From IMG/VR virus record IMGVR_UViG_3300044796_000657, positions 366,230-430,229 of that record: 64,000 nucleotides of DNA; one strand, 5' to 3'. The first letter of the stretch is position 1; each line of letters starts with the position of its first letter. This document shows, one piece after another, positions 46,428 to 56,436 of the stretch. Both the position numbers and the translations under genes were made by a program. Below the pieces are notes generated by a model, which was given only the letters and a program-made list of their open reading frames with translations, had not been told where the DNA came from and made no database searches.

Positions 46428-46462
46428 AATTAAGCAAGCCTTATAATGAGGCTTGCTTAATT
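46428..46462. repeat. perfect 13-bp inverted repeat
   Basis: aattaagcaagcc-ttataatga-ggcttgcttaatt. Confidence 0.8.
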
Positions 46463-46484
46463 CACTAAACCCTTTCAGGAGATC

Positions 46485-46763
46485 ATGATGGCTCTTACGC
46501 TAATTCAAGTTAAGGATGTCTGCCAAGCACAAGCGAGCAATAAGTCTCCGTGGTCTTGGGGAACGCCAAATACAACTTGTAAATACCTTACCGGCGAAAT
46601 AGTTGGCAAACAGTACAAACAACTCTGTATGAAGTTGGCGCCGGGTGTGGTTGAAAAGAAGAGAAAAGATGGTATGCTGGCTCATGACTTTGATAAGTTG
46701 CCCGATAACTGTCCCGGCTACTCATACCTGAAGTATAAGGATCAAGGATACGACGTTCCTTAA
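46485..46763 (+). CDS. hypothetical protein
   Basis: AGGAG SD. Confidence 0.65.
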   Translation: MMALTLIQVKDVCQAQASNKSPWSWGTPNTTCKYLTGEIVGKQYKQLCMKLAPGVVEKKRKDGMLAHDFDKLPDNCPGYSYLKYKDQGYDVP

Positions 46764-46780
46764 CTTCTCTTCTTGAAAGA

Positions 46781-46990
46781 ATGAAAATGAGCAAGACATC
46801 CGAAAGCATCGCAATGGCTGAGTATGAAAAATACAAAGCCCAAATGACGAGTTTGGAAACACAGGGCGACACCACAAGCAAGAATGCCATCTCAATTCGA
46901 ACGATGCTCTTTCAATTGTGGAATAAGTTAACGCCAGAGCAACAAAGAGAAATAGCAAAGAAGTACATTCCTTCCGGAAGTTTTTCATAA
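46781..46990 (+). CDS. small hypothetical protein
   Basis: ORF in operon. Confidence 0.55.
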   Translation: MKMSKTSESIAMAEYEKYKAQMTSLETQGDTTSKNAISIRTMLFQLWNKLTPEQQREIAKKYIPSGSFS

Positions 46991-47000
46991 AAGGTAAGCC

Positions 47001-49838
47001 ATGAATCTTGACCCTAACACTCGTGAACAAGAAGTTCTCAAATTGTGGAAGGGTCAAGATACGTTTCAGGCGATTCAATTTCGTCGGAAATCGGCTAAGC
47101 CTTTTGTGATGTTTGAAGGCCCGCCAACCGCCAATGGCAAACCCGGCATCCATCACGTTCTCACCCGCACATTTAAAGATGCAATCGCACGCTTCCAAAC
47201 CATGAAAGGCCGTTACGTTGAACGACGGGCCGGATGGGATGAACACGGATTGCCAGTAGAATTAGAAGTCCAAAAAGCCTACGGACTCCCCACCAAAGAA
47301 TCCATTCTCGATTACGGTGTTGCTGAATTTAATAACAACTGCCAAGTCAGCACCCGCAACTTCATCGCCGATTGGGAAAAATTAACCCACCGAATGGGTT
47401 ATTGGCTCGATTTTGAAAACGCCTATAACACATCAGATCCTAGTTATATCAACAAAGTTTGGACAGTCTTAGATAATCTCATGGCTAATGATGAGATTTA
47501 TCAAGACTATAAAATCGTGCCTTGGGCTTGCGATTCCCAAACCGTCTTATCCAATTCAGAATTAGAACAAGGTTATAAAGAGGTTGAACACAATACGATG
47601 ACGGTTAAATTCCGCATCGATGATGACACCAATACCTATCTGATCGCATGGACAACTACCCCTTGGACATTGCCAGCTAATATGGCTTTAGCAGTCAATC
47701 CTTCGTTAACATATTACGAAACCATTGACTCAGAGGGGTGCCATTGCATTAGCCTCAAAAAAACCGAACCCTCATTACCAATCAGTGGCCACAAACTTGT
47801 CGGCCTAAAATATCGTCACCCATTTATCTCTGGTAAGGTCTGTCAAGTCTATGGCGACAACTTCGTTAGAGGCGATACAGGAACCGGAATTGTACATATC
47901 GCACCTGCTTTTGGCATTGATGATTACGCTCTTTGGAAAAAGAGTATGGCCCTTGAGCCAATCATCTGTCACGTAAATCCGGATGGTTCTTTCAACGCAG
48001 CAGCTCCAGACTTGCTGCGAGGCATCAATTTGTTGGACAGAAATTTCAAAACTGTTAACTCTTTAATTCATGCCCACTTGACTTCGGCAGGAGCAAACTA
48101 CGAAAATCAATCCTTCAAGGATTCGGGATTTACACATCAATACCCGCACAATTGGCGAACGGGTAAGCCTCTTATCTATATGTTTAGACATAGTTGGTTC
48201 GTGAAAACAACCGGCCTCAAACTTCGTCAAGTTAACAAAGAAGAAGTGACTTGGTATCCTAGTAATATCAAAGAAGGTAGATTTGGACAATGGCTTGATG
48301 GTGGCAAAGATTGGGCAATTTCCCGTGAACGATTTTGGGGTACACCGTTGCCCTTTTATCGTGATGCTGACAATAACGTCTCTTTCCAAGTCCCTCAATA
48401 TTATCACAAGCCGGGTTCTGATACGCCCATCGTCAAAGATAGAGTAATCTGGAAACGAACCTCAGAAGTTTTGGACTGCTGGTTCGATAGTGGCGCAATG
48501 CCGTTTGCCGCTTATGAGAAGTTCCAGCCAGCCGATGTAATTTGTGAGGGCATCGATCAAACCCGTGGGTGGTTCTATTCGTTAATGGTTATTGGTGTTG
48601 CTCTCACAGAACATACGCCATTCAAGGCAGCGATTTGCCTCGGCCATGTTCTGGATAAGAACGGCGTGAAAATGAGCAAGTCCAAAAAGAATGCTGTTGA
48701 TCCTTGGGAAGTTTTTGAGCGAGAAGGCGCTGATGCCGTTCGTTGGTACATGCTCAAAACACCAATCGGACAATCTCTTTTGTGGAATGAAGCCGAAGTT
48801 AAAAAAGTCAATCAAACATTCTTCAATCGCTTGCTTAGCTCTCTTGACTTTTACGAGCAACAACAAAACCCCGACAAGCCTCATCGATCTAGTAATGGGT
48901 CAAAAGATGCTACGGATATTTGGATGATGGCACGCCTACACAGTGTTGTTAACAGCGTATCCCAATATTTGGAAGATTATGAATTTGCCAAAGCGATTGA
49001 AGCCATTGAGCTTTTTACCAACGATCTTTCTAATGTTTGGATTAGAACAAATCGATCACGATTCCTTGCTGATGGTGCCCATGTTCCTAACGGTATTTTG
49101 AAAAACTGCCTAAAAACACTAACATTGTTAATTGCACCGTTGGCGCCGATGTTGGCTGAACATGTCTGGTATCGTTTGTGTCCAGAAAACATTGTTTATG
49201 GAAGCATGGGTTCGGTACATGCTACCGATTGGCCTAAACCAGAAGATAATACGTGGGACGCATTCTCAAAAAATATTGTTATTCTTGAAGCCATGAAAGA
49301 AGCTCGTCAAGTTATCACTGAAGGCTTGAAACAGAGAGACAAGCGGAATATCCGTTTGAGGCAACCGATCAAAGCAGTGCGGGTGCCTCGTAACATCAAT
49401 CCACAACTCATTCAATTCGTCAAGACGGAGTTGAATGTTAAAGACATCATCGTTGATGCTAAGGGGGAATCCGTGGAAATGGATTTCAACCTTACGGATG
49501 AACTTGTAGCGGAAGGTATGGCAAGAGATTTGATGCGGGCTATTCAAGTTCGCCGCAAAGATTTAGGTTTGAAGCGTGGTGAACCAATTCGTATCGTATT
49601 GGAAGTCGATAAAAAGACCAGATCCATGCTTGAACCACATATGAGTGAGTTGATGTTAAGTGTGACTTGTGGTGATCTGCGATACAAAGAAGTCGCAGAT
49701 ACAGCATCGCCGATTGTAATGGAAGTCACAAAAATGGAACCGGCTAACCCAGATGGCTATAAGGAATTCGGAAAAGCCACAACAAAACTGACTTCTGCTG
49801 AAATCGCCAAAGTGATATTGACAAATCGTGTCGGTTAA
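47001..49838 (+). CDS. ileS: isoleucyl-tRNA synthetase (type 2-like)
   Basis: FEGPPTANGKPGIHH, GWDEHGLP, WTTTPWTL, GTGIVH, DWAISRERFWG, EGIDQTRGWF, KMSKS. Confidence 0.93.
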   Translation: MNLDPNTREQEVLKLWKGQDTFQAIQFRRKSAKPFVMFEGPPTANGKPGIHHVLTRTFKDAIARFQTMKGRYVERRAGWDEHGLPVELEVQKAYGLPTKESILDYGVAEFNNNCQVSTRNFIADWEKLTHRMGYWLDFENAYNTSDPSYINKVWTVLDNLMANDEIYQDYKIVPWACDSQTVLSNSELEQGYKEVEHNTMTVKFRIDDDTNTYLIAWTTTPWTLPANMALAVNPSLTYYETIDSEGCHCISLKKTEPSLPISGHKLVGLKYRHPFISGKVCQVYGDNFVRGDTGTGIVHIAPAFGIDDYALWKKSMALEPIICHVNPDGSFNAAAPDLLRGINLLDRNFKTVNSLIHAHLTSAGANYENQSFKDSGFTHQYPHNWRTGKPLIYMFRHSWFVKTTGLKLRQVNKEEVTWYPSNIKEGRFGQWLDGGKDWAISRERFWGTPLPFYRDADNNVSFQVPQYYHKPGSDTPIVKDRVIWKRTSEVLDCWFDSGAMPFAAYEKFQPADVICEGIDQTRGWFYSLMVIGVALTEHTPFKAAICLGHVLDKNGVKMSKSKKNAVDPWEVFEREGADAVRWYMLKTPIGQSLLWNEAEVKKVNQTFFNRLLSSLDFYEQQQNPDKPHRSSNGSKDATDIWMMARLHSVVNSVSQYLEDYEFAKAIEAIELFTNDLSNVWIRTNRSRFLADGAHVPNGILKNCLKTLTLLIAPLAPMLAEHVWYRLCPENIVYGSMGSVHATDWPKPEDNTWDAFSKNIVILEAMKEARQVITEGLKQRDKRNIRLRQPIKAVRVPRNINPQLIQFVKTELNVKDIIVDAKGESVEMDFNLTDELVAEGMARDLMRAIQVRRKDLGLKRGEPIRIVLEVDKKTRSMLEPHMSELMLSVTCGDLRYKEVADTASPIVMEVTKMEPANPDGYKEFGKATTKLTSAEIAKVILTNRVG

Positions 49839-49876
49839 GTTAGACTATCTGACCGATACAAATAAAGGGCGATTTT

Positions 49877-51313
49877 ATGAAAAAGGCAGAATTAGTAGAA
49901 GCAGGCATTCCCGTGAATTGCCATGCTGCTGCCATTAAGGTCATTCAAGATGGCTTCCGGCACAAAATCTTCCCTTCCAACAAAGGGGCACGGGAAGCTT
50001 TAACGAGAGTGGCCGCTGCGCCTGAAATGCACCTCGGCGCAGACGACTTCTACCGAGAATTGGCAAGCACCATCATTGCCACCCGCAAACAGCACGTTGA
50101 AGACGAAGCTCTTTACGCCAAAAACAGCATTGGTACAAGCCAATCGTTTGCCTCTTGGGGTGCCGACATTGAACAAGGTGCCATTGATCAAATGCAAAAT
50201 GCGGTATCCCTGCCAGTTTCAGTGGTCGGCGCCATGATGCCCGATGCCCACAGTGGGTACGGTTTGCCCGTAGGCGGTGTTCTGGCCACATACGACAGCA
50301 TCGTTCCTTATGCGGTAGGCGTCGATATTGGTTGCCGGATGCGTTTTACGTTCACCGATATCGATCCATCACTCCTCAAGGATTCTCACGACAAGAAGGC
50401 GACTCCGCTCTGTAAAGCCTTGCGTGAAGGAACGGTTTTTGGCGTCGGCGGTCAACACGAAATTAAGATGAACCATCCAGTCATGGACAAGGATTGGAAC
50501 ATCACGGCTGTCACAAAAGCCGCCAAAGATAAGGCATGGCGGCAGTTGGGAACCAGCGGTTCCGGCAATCACTTCGCCGAATGGGGCATTGTGACGTTAA
50601 CTCAAAAAGAATTCGGTTTAGAGCCGGGGAAATACGTCGCTCTCATGACTCACAGCGGCTCCCGTGGTTCGGGTTCTGATGTTTGTAGTTACTATACCGA
50701 CGTTGCCGCTTCCAAGCTGCCAAAGGCTTATGAGAAATTCGGCAAAATGAAATTGGCGTGGTTGCCAATGGCTTCCGAAGCTGGCCAAGAGTATTGGGCA
50801 GCTATGAACCTTATGGGTGATTATGCCGCTGCCAATCACTACGTCATTCACGAATTGGTTCTCAAGAATATGGGAGCAACGGCCCTTAAAGTGATTGAGA
50901 ACCACCACAATTTCGCATGGAAAGAAGATTACAAGGGAACCGAAGTGTACGTTCACCGTAAAGGTGCTACACCTGCCGGAAAGGGCGTACTGGGTATTAT
51001 CCCCGGTAGTATGGCCACTTCCGCATTCGTCGTACGAGGCAAGGGCAATCCTGAAAGCTTGATGTCGGCTTCTCACGGTGCCGGGCGGGCAATGAGCCGC
51101 ACCAAAGCTAAGGAACAGTTTAACTGGAGCACATGGAAGAGCCAAATCCAAAATGCCGGTGTACGACTATTGAGCGGCGGGATTGATGAGGTTCCCGGTG
51201 CTTACAAAGACATTCACAAAGTCATGGCTCAACAAACCGACTTGATTGATGTTGTGGCAGAATTCATGCCCAAAATCGTCCTCATGGGTCAAGATGGTCG
51301 GAGCGAAGATTAA
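49877..51313 (+). CDS. rtcB: RtcB RNA ligase
   Basis: PDAHSGYGLPVGG, GVDIGC, GSGNHF, HSGSRG, HHNFA, HRKGAT, PGSM, SASHGAGR, DEVPGAYK. Confidence 0.95.
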   Translation: MKKAELVEAGIPVNCHAAAIKVIQDGFRHKIFPSNKGAREALTRVAAAPEMHLGADDFYRELASTIIATRKQHVEDEALYAKNSIGTSQSFASWGADIEQGAIDQMQNAVSLPVSVVGAMMPDAHSGYGLPVGGVLATYDSIVPYAVGVDIGCRMRFTFTDIDPSLLKDSHDKKATPLCKALREGTVFGVGGQHEIKMNHPVMDKDWNITAVTKAAKDKAWRQLGTSGSGNHFAEWGIVTLTQKEFGLEPGKYVALMTHSGSRGSGSDVCSYYTDVAASKLPKAYEKFGKMKLAWLPMASEAGQEYWAAMNLMGDYAAANHYVIHELVLKNMGATALKVIENHHNFAWKEDYKGTEVYVHRKGATPAGKGVLGIIPGSMATSAFVVRGKGNPESLMSASHGAGRAMSRTKAKEQFNWSTWKSQIQNAGVRLLSGGIDEVPGAYKDIHKVMAQQTDLIDVVAEFMPKIVLMGQDGRSED

Positions 51314-51723
51314 TGGACGCAACACAACAACAACGGTTAACTGAATTGCGAAATAGGCAACGAATATGCCTTATGAGTCGCACCGTTCTTTCGTCGGACG
51401 AAAAGACGGAGTTGAAGAATTTATCACAACAAGAAAAACGGGAAATGATTGAATTTGTTGGGCAAGAGCTTTACGAGTGGGCAACAGAAATGTTATTTCG
51501 TCATGACCCTATTGGGTTGGGCGGTATGGATTGTCCAAAAAACGAATATTCCTTGGAAGCAAGATGTATTATGTCTCGTGTCAAAAATATGACATCGGTT
51601 GATAAGATACACGAAATTGTTTGGAATGTATTTCTGCAAATGTTTAGTGAACATTGTGCTGGTGAAAAAGAAAAATATCTCCCAATTGCTCAAGATATTC
51701 TCAAAAAGTTAACGGATGCATAG
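51313..51723 (+). CDS. hypothetical protein
   Basis: ORF coupled to rtcB. Confidence 0.6.
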   Translation: MDATQQQRLTELRNRQRICLMSRTVLSSDEKTELKNLSQQEKREMIEFVGQELYEWATEMLFRHDPIGLGGMDCPKNEYSLEARCIMSRVKNMTSVDKIHEIVWNVFLQMFSEHCAGEKEKYLPIAQDILKKLTDA

Positions 51724-51725
51724 CC

Positions 51726-51971
51726 ATGAGCGAAAAAGGCATTTCAAGAGTCATCATCGGCCTATTTGTGCTGTTTGGCGGCATCATTGTATGTTATTTT
51801 GGTGCTATGCAACTTGGGCCAATGCAAGCGAAACCTGAACACCTACAAGCTCTCAAAGCAAATAAGATGGGCGATTTCAGCGACAGTTATGGCGGCTCAC
51901 GATACAAGCTTTGCCGTGTTGATTTGCCCGATGGATCTTGGTACGTAGTCGCTATACCCACTACTAGGTGA
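51726..51971 (+). CDS. small membrane-anchored protein
   Basis: N-terminal TM helix. Confidence 0.55.
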   Translation: MSEKGISRVIIGLFVLFGGIIVCYFGAMQLGPMQAKPEHLQALKANKMGDFSDSYGGSRYKLCRVDLPDGSWYVVAIPTTR

Positions 51972-51975
51972 GTCC

Positions 51976-52740
51976 ATGAAAGTTGCGAAATGGTTTACGA
52001 AACATTATACACTCGCACAAACCTTTGACACGGGCATTCAGTATGCTTTTTTGTCAGCGGATAACGAACAGTGTTTCCCATTGGTGACTTGTAAGGAATT
52101 TTTGATTGACGCCGTTCATGCGTTAATTCATAACAAGCCTACGTTCCTCTATGGGTTTACGTACAGTATAGCCAACAACCCGCCGATCTGTCTTGACCCT
52201 TGTCGTCTACTTCTTTCTACCAATAGCAAAAAAAACAAAGCCACATTTTACGAAGATGCGGTTCGACTGAAATCCTTTTTAAATCTCCTTGAACAAAAAA
52301 TGGGATGCGAAAACGAGTCAGAAATTGAAGTGGTAGAAAATCATCCCCCTCTACCTTACATCAAACAGCCTATGGTTTTGTTAACCAGTCCGGCCTTGTG
52401 GATGCTTTCACCGCCAATGCTTTCGTTATTCGCCCTACTCATTCGGGTGGGGTTCTACTACAACGGCAAAGAAACAGCATGGGGTCACTGTCAAAAAGTC
52501 CGTGACAAAAAGATCATCACCGATCATCCACGAAACGGCGAGTATCTTAAGTCGGCTTGGAAAACCATAATGGATTTGGTGGAATCGGGCGGTATGTGCC
52601 GGTTCAAACCAGATATGAAAGATAATTGGCCACTATTCGCTCAACAATGGCAGTTGCACGAATGGTCAGGAATTGTATCGCTGGCCAAGGGAACAACGAA
52701 AAATCTCTGTCCACAATGGTATCCCAAATCTACATCTTGA
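51976..52740 (+). CDS. hypothetical protein, paralog of 7074-7898
   Basis: QCFPLVTCKEFLIDAV...YGFTY; SPPMLSLFALLIRVG vs SPVMVSMYSLMLRVG. Confidence 0.75.
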   Translation: MKVAKWFTKHYTLAQTFDTGIQYAFLSADNEQCFPLVTCKEFLIDAVHALIHNKPTFLYGFTYSIANNPPICLDPCRLLLSTNSKKNKATFYEDAVRLKSFLNLLEQKMGCENESEIEVVENHPPLPYIKQPMVLLTSPALWMLSPPMLSLFALLIRVGFYYNGKETAWGHCQKVRDKKIITDHPRNGEYLKSAWKTIMDLVESGGMCRFKPDMKDNWPLFAQQWQLHEWSGIVSLAKGTTKNLCPQWYPKSTS

Positions 52741-52749
52741 GGGACTACA

Positions 52750-54741
52750 ATGAACAGTCAATTTGGTTTTGTCTGCGTTGGAGCAGGTTCGTCACGTGTT
52801 TCAGTCGGCAACCCCGTCTATAACGCCGATGAAACCATTGCTCTGATACGCAGAATGAAAGATTGTGATATTGTGGTTCTCCAAGAGTTGGGGATCACTG
52901 GCTACACTTGTCGCAATCTTTTCAGTCAAGAGCTTCTTATTAACTCTGCTGCACAGCAGGTTCAACGTGTCGCCGAAGCAACCAATTGGGTCAAAAATGG
53001 GATTCCCCCTCAATTGGTCTTTGTAGGCTGTCCCATATACGTTAACAACAATCTGTACAATTGCGCCGTAGCGATCCAAGACGGCGAAGTGATCGGTATC
53101 GTCCCGAAGCAGCACCTTCCCAATTACAAGGAATTTGAAGAAACTCGTTGGTTTCAACCCGGTTCTTCTAAGTTGCCACAATCCATTAAGTGGCAAGGCG
53201 AAACCGTCCCATTTGGCACTGATCTCCTATTTGACTTCGGCAACAATGTTGTCGTCGGTGTGGAAATTTGTGAAGATTTGTGGATGCCTATTCCGCCTAG
53301 TTCCCATCAGGCACAAGCGGGCGCAACCATTTTAGTTAACCTTTCGGCGTCCAATGAAACGGTTGCCAAAGCAGACTACCGTCGTGATTTGGTAGTTGGA
53401 CAATCTGGCCGATGTATTGCCGCATACGTTTATTCGTCTGCCGGGCCTTCCGAATCGACAACAGACTTGATTTTCGGCGGTCACTGTATGATTGCCGAAA
53501 ATGGGAGCCTCTTGAAACAGTCCAAGAGAGTTGGCGATGGATCAAAGCTGTCGTTCAATTCGCACTTCATCATGGGTGATGTTGATGTGCAAAAGATTAT
53601 GTTTGAGAGACGGCAAACTACAAGCTATGGCCAAGAAGTCAGGTTGAACTACCGCAGAATTAACGTTCGCTCACGACAAAAAACCAAAACATTACATCGC
53701 ACCATTGACAGTATGCCATTTGTTCCCAAAGACTCTGGTAAACTCAATGAACGATGTACGGAAATTTTCGCCTATCAAGTGGCCGGTCTTGCTTGTCGTC
53801 TCAACAGAATAGGACGCTACAATCCTGTGATCGGTGTTTCGGGTGGTTTAGACTCCACTTTGGCGTTGCTTGTGTTAGCGAAAACGTTCGAAGCTCTTGG
53901 TATTGATCCCGGCAAGATCCAAGGAATCACGATGCCCGGTTTCGGTACCACCAGCCGGACGCTTGACAACGCTAAAAAGCTGATGGATCAATTGAAAATC
54001 AGCCAAACGACCATTGACGTTTGTCATTTGAGTTTGGAAACATTCCGTCAGATGGGACACAAACCTTTCGGACTTTCGCCTTATCTGGAAATGGATAAAT
54101 TTAAAGAAGCACTCAAAGGTTTAAAGAAACAAGATCGTCATGATCTTGTTTTTGAGAACGTTCAAGCGAGAGTGCGAACCCACTTCCTAATGAATCAGGG
54201 CTTCGTCGTTGGCACTGGCGACTTAACCGAAGCAGCGTTGGGTTGGTGCACGTTCAATGCTGACCATATGAGTATGTACAACCCCAATTGCTCTGTACCA
54301 AAGACATTGGTCAAGTTCCTAGTCAAATGGGCCGCTGAAAACGAATTCGACGGCAAAACACAAAAAACCCTGCTCGATATTGTTGATACGGAAATTTCGC
54401 CCGAATTGTTGCCGGTGGACAATGAGGGGAAAGCTCAATCTACCCAAGATACGTTGGGGGCTTTTGAGTTACATGACTTTTTCCTATTCAACATTATTCG
54501 GAATGGATTTTCACCGGATAAAGTGTTATTCTTAGCGGAATATGCCTTTGACGGTGCTTACAAAAAAGAAGTTATTCACAAGACGTTGAAGTTATTTTAT
54601 GAAAAATTCTTCCGCAATCAGTTCAAACGAAATTGCGTTCCCGATGGTGTTAAAGTTGGATCTGTGAGTTTGTCGCCCCGTGGTGATTGGCGAATGTCTT
54701 CCGACTCCGATCCCACTCTTTGGCTTAAGGAGCTACAGTAA
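52750..54741 (+). CDS. nadE: glutamine-dependent NAD+ synthetase
   Basis: Nitrilase-like domain (QELGITGY, PKQHLPNY, EICEDLW), GVSGGLDSTL, ENVQARVR, GTGDLTE. Confidence 0.95.
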   Translation: MNSQFGFVCVGAGSSRVSVGNPVYNADETIALIRRMKDCDIVVLQELGITGYTCRNLFSQELLINSAAQQVQRVAEATNWVKNGIPPQLVFVGCPIYVNNNLYNCAVAIQDGEVIGIVPKQHLPNYKEFEETRWFQPGSSKLPQSIKWQGETVPFGTDLLFDFGNNVVVGVEICEDLWMPIPPSSHQAQAGATILVNLSASNETVAKADYRRDLVVGQSGRCIAAYVYSSAGPSESTTDLIFGGHCMIAENGSLLKQSKRVGDGSKLSFNSHFIMGDVDVQKIMFERRQTTSYGQEVRLNYRRINVRSRQKTKTLHRTIDSMPFVPKDSGKLNERCTEIFAYQVAGLACRLNRIGRYNPVIGVSGGLDSTLALLVLAKTFEALGIDPGKIQGITMPGFGTTSRTLDNAKKLMDQLKISQTTIDVCHLSLETFRQMGHKPFGLSPYLEMDKFKEALKGLKKQDRHDLVFENVQARVRTHFLMNQGFVVGTGDLTEAALGWCTFNADHMSMYNPNCSVPKTLVKFLVKWAAENEFDGKTQKTLLDIVDTEISPELLPVDNEGKAQSTQDTLGAFELHDFFLFNIIRNGFSPDKVLFLAEYAFDGAYKKEVIHKTLKLFYEKFFRNQFKRNCVPDGVKVGSVSLSPRGDWRMSSDSDPTLWLKELQ

Positions 54742-55013
54742 TGCAGATAGGCGATTTAATTGTTTTCAAAGAATCCAAATACTTCAAAGACCCATTTGTT
54801 GTGATGAGGGGCTTTAAGAACCAGAATGGCATTAATTATTCAGTTTCATCATTCGACGCTCGAATGATGATGACCATTCTTGAGCGTGAGTCCAAAAAAG
54901 TTGGACAAATAGACGGTGACTCATTTTATGAAATCAAATCAAAGTGGGGCCACACGATTAGTGCTTATGCCACTTCGATGGTGTACCTAAGCGAAATCAC
55001 ATTCTCAGATTGA
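54741..55013 (+). CDS. hypothetical protein
   Basis: ORF coupled to nadE. Confidence 0.55.
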   Translation: MQIGDLIVFKESKYFKDPFVVMRGFKNQNGINYSVSSFDARMMMTILERESKKVGQIDGDSFYEIKSKWGHTISAYATSMVYLSEITFSD

Positions 55014-55038
55014 TTTAACTGACGATTTAAGTTATAGT
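55010..55038 (+). promoter_or_regulatory. sigma70-type promoter
   Basis: TTGATT-17 nt-TATAGT. Confidence 0.55.
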
Positions 55039-55068
55039 AGTACCATCTACTCGGCGAAAGGGATTTAT

Positions 55069-55605
55069 ATGAGCGAACCCAAACCAAAAACGTGGCAGGA
55101 TTACTTGCCAGCAGAGGAACGTCGCAAGTATGAAGAAGAGCGACGAGAACACCTTAAGCGATTGGACGATGAAACCTTTCGTGAAATTCAAGCATTGGTT
55201 GACGGTTTACCCGATAAAAAAGGTGAAAAAGTGAGTCCATTTTATACGCCAAACATCGCTAAGACTTACCCCTATGCGGAAGCAAGGGTGGCTGTGGAAG
55301 AAACAGCAAAAGAAGAAAAAGTTAAGCCTTCTCTCACCATGAAGATGATGCAGGAAGCAAAGGAATTGTCGAGTAAGGGGATGAGCGAACATGCCATCTC
55401 AAAGCAAATTGAAAAATCAGAAGGTTGGGTCAAAGGAAGTTTGTTAATTCTTAACAAACTTCCGCCATCTGTTCATCAAGCAATTGAAAGCAATCAATTG
55501 AGCAGAATTGCTGCCCTACAATTGCTTTTGTGTCCTCCGGATAAACTTGAAAAAGTTGTCGAGGGACTTGTGAAATTGTATGCCATAGAAGGCACGAAAC
55601 TTTAA
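55069..55605 (+). CDS. HTH protein (ParB/KorB-like helical region)
   Basis: GMSEHAISKQIEKSEGWVKGSLLILNKLPPSVHQAI. Confidence 0.6.
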   Translation: MSEPKPKTWQDYLPAEERRKYEEERREHLKRLDDETFREIQALVDGLPDKKGEKVSPFYTPNIAKTYPYAEARVAVEETAKEEKVKPSLTMKMMQEAKELSSKGMSEHAISKQIEKSEGWVKGSLLILNKLPPSVHQAIESNQLSRIAALQLLLCPPDKLEKVVEGLVKLYAIEGTKL

Positions 55606-55919
55606 CCCATCATGCCCATGCCCATACCCATAAGTCGCCTGCGTCTTCCACGAAGCATTTTCTTCGCTGGTGTTAAGGGCATCTTCATGAAGAACGACGA
55701 ACAATCACCAACAAACTTGGTGCATTCTGCCTGTGTTGAAAACGAATTGATTGCTATCCATTTGGCTGTTGGCAATTTATTCTTGAAGCACTGACACTTA
55801 TTGTTGTCGTCTGGGTTGTTGCCTAGAATCCAAGGTTTGAGTTGAGCCTTTTTCATTTGGGCCTTCATCTTACCTTTTTTCATCTTGGCTTTTTTCATTC
55901 GCTTTTTCTTAGGCATCAT
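55602..55919 (-). CDS. Lys/Met-rich basic protein with 4-Cys domain
   Basis: KKAKMKKGKMK repeats; AGGAGG SD; paralog of 33208-33600. Confidence 0.7.
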   Translation of the reverse strand: MMPKKKRMKKAKMKKGKMKAQMKKAQLKPWILGNNPDDNNKCQCFKNKLPTAKWIAINSFSTQAECTKFVGDCSSFFMKMPLTPAKKMLRGRRRRLMGMGMGMMG

Positions 55920-55965
55920 AAGCCTCCTGTTTCGTAAAAATATATACGGTAGAAAGTATCAAAAC

Positions 55966-56436
55966 ATGAAAGACGACATCGAGAAGGCTGGAAGTGTTAA
56001 CGAAGCATTGGAGATTTTGTTCAGTGGTGGAGCATTGCCTACTCCCCAATCAACGCAAATCAATGAACTTAAAGACTCAATTCTTGTGTCTGCTGTTCAA
56101 ACATTCATTCAAATGATGCCAAGATTTCTGTCGCTGACAGACGATCAGAAGAAGGAATTTATCGGCGCATTAATGTGCTATCATTCCCAAGAAACTGATC
56201 CCATCGTCAGAAATGAGGCATTCTATGTCTTGTACGAATATCTGCTCGATGCCCCACCAGCAGCACAAGAAGAGATACCTGAACCGCAAAAAACCATAGA
56301 GCGTTTTGAAGCGTCAACAACGCCATGCGAAGATTGTCAAGAAATCCCAACCAACAGAATTAAGTTCACTGAAAAGAACCGATCAGAAGAGCATTTCTTG
56401 TGCGAAAGATGTGAAGAATCAACACGACACGAATAA
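55966..56436 (+). CDS. hypothetical protein with C-terminal zinc ribbon
   Basis: CEDC..CERC. Confidence 0.6.
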   Translation: MKDDIEKAGSVNEALEILFSGGALPTPQSTQINELKDSILVSAVQTFIQMMPRFLSLTDDQKKEFIGALMCYHSQETDPIVRNEAFYVLYEYLLDAPPAAQEEIPEPQKTIERFEASTTPCEDCQEIPTNRIKFTEKNRSEEHFLCERCEESTRHE

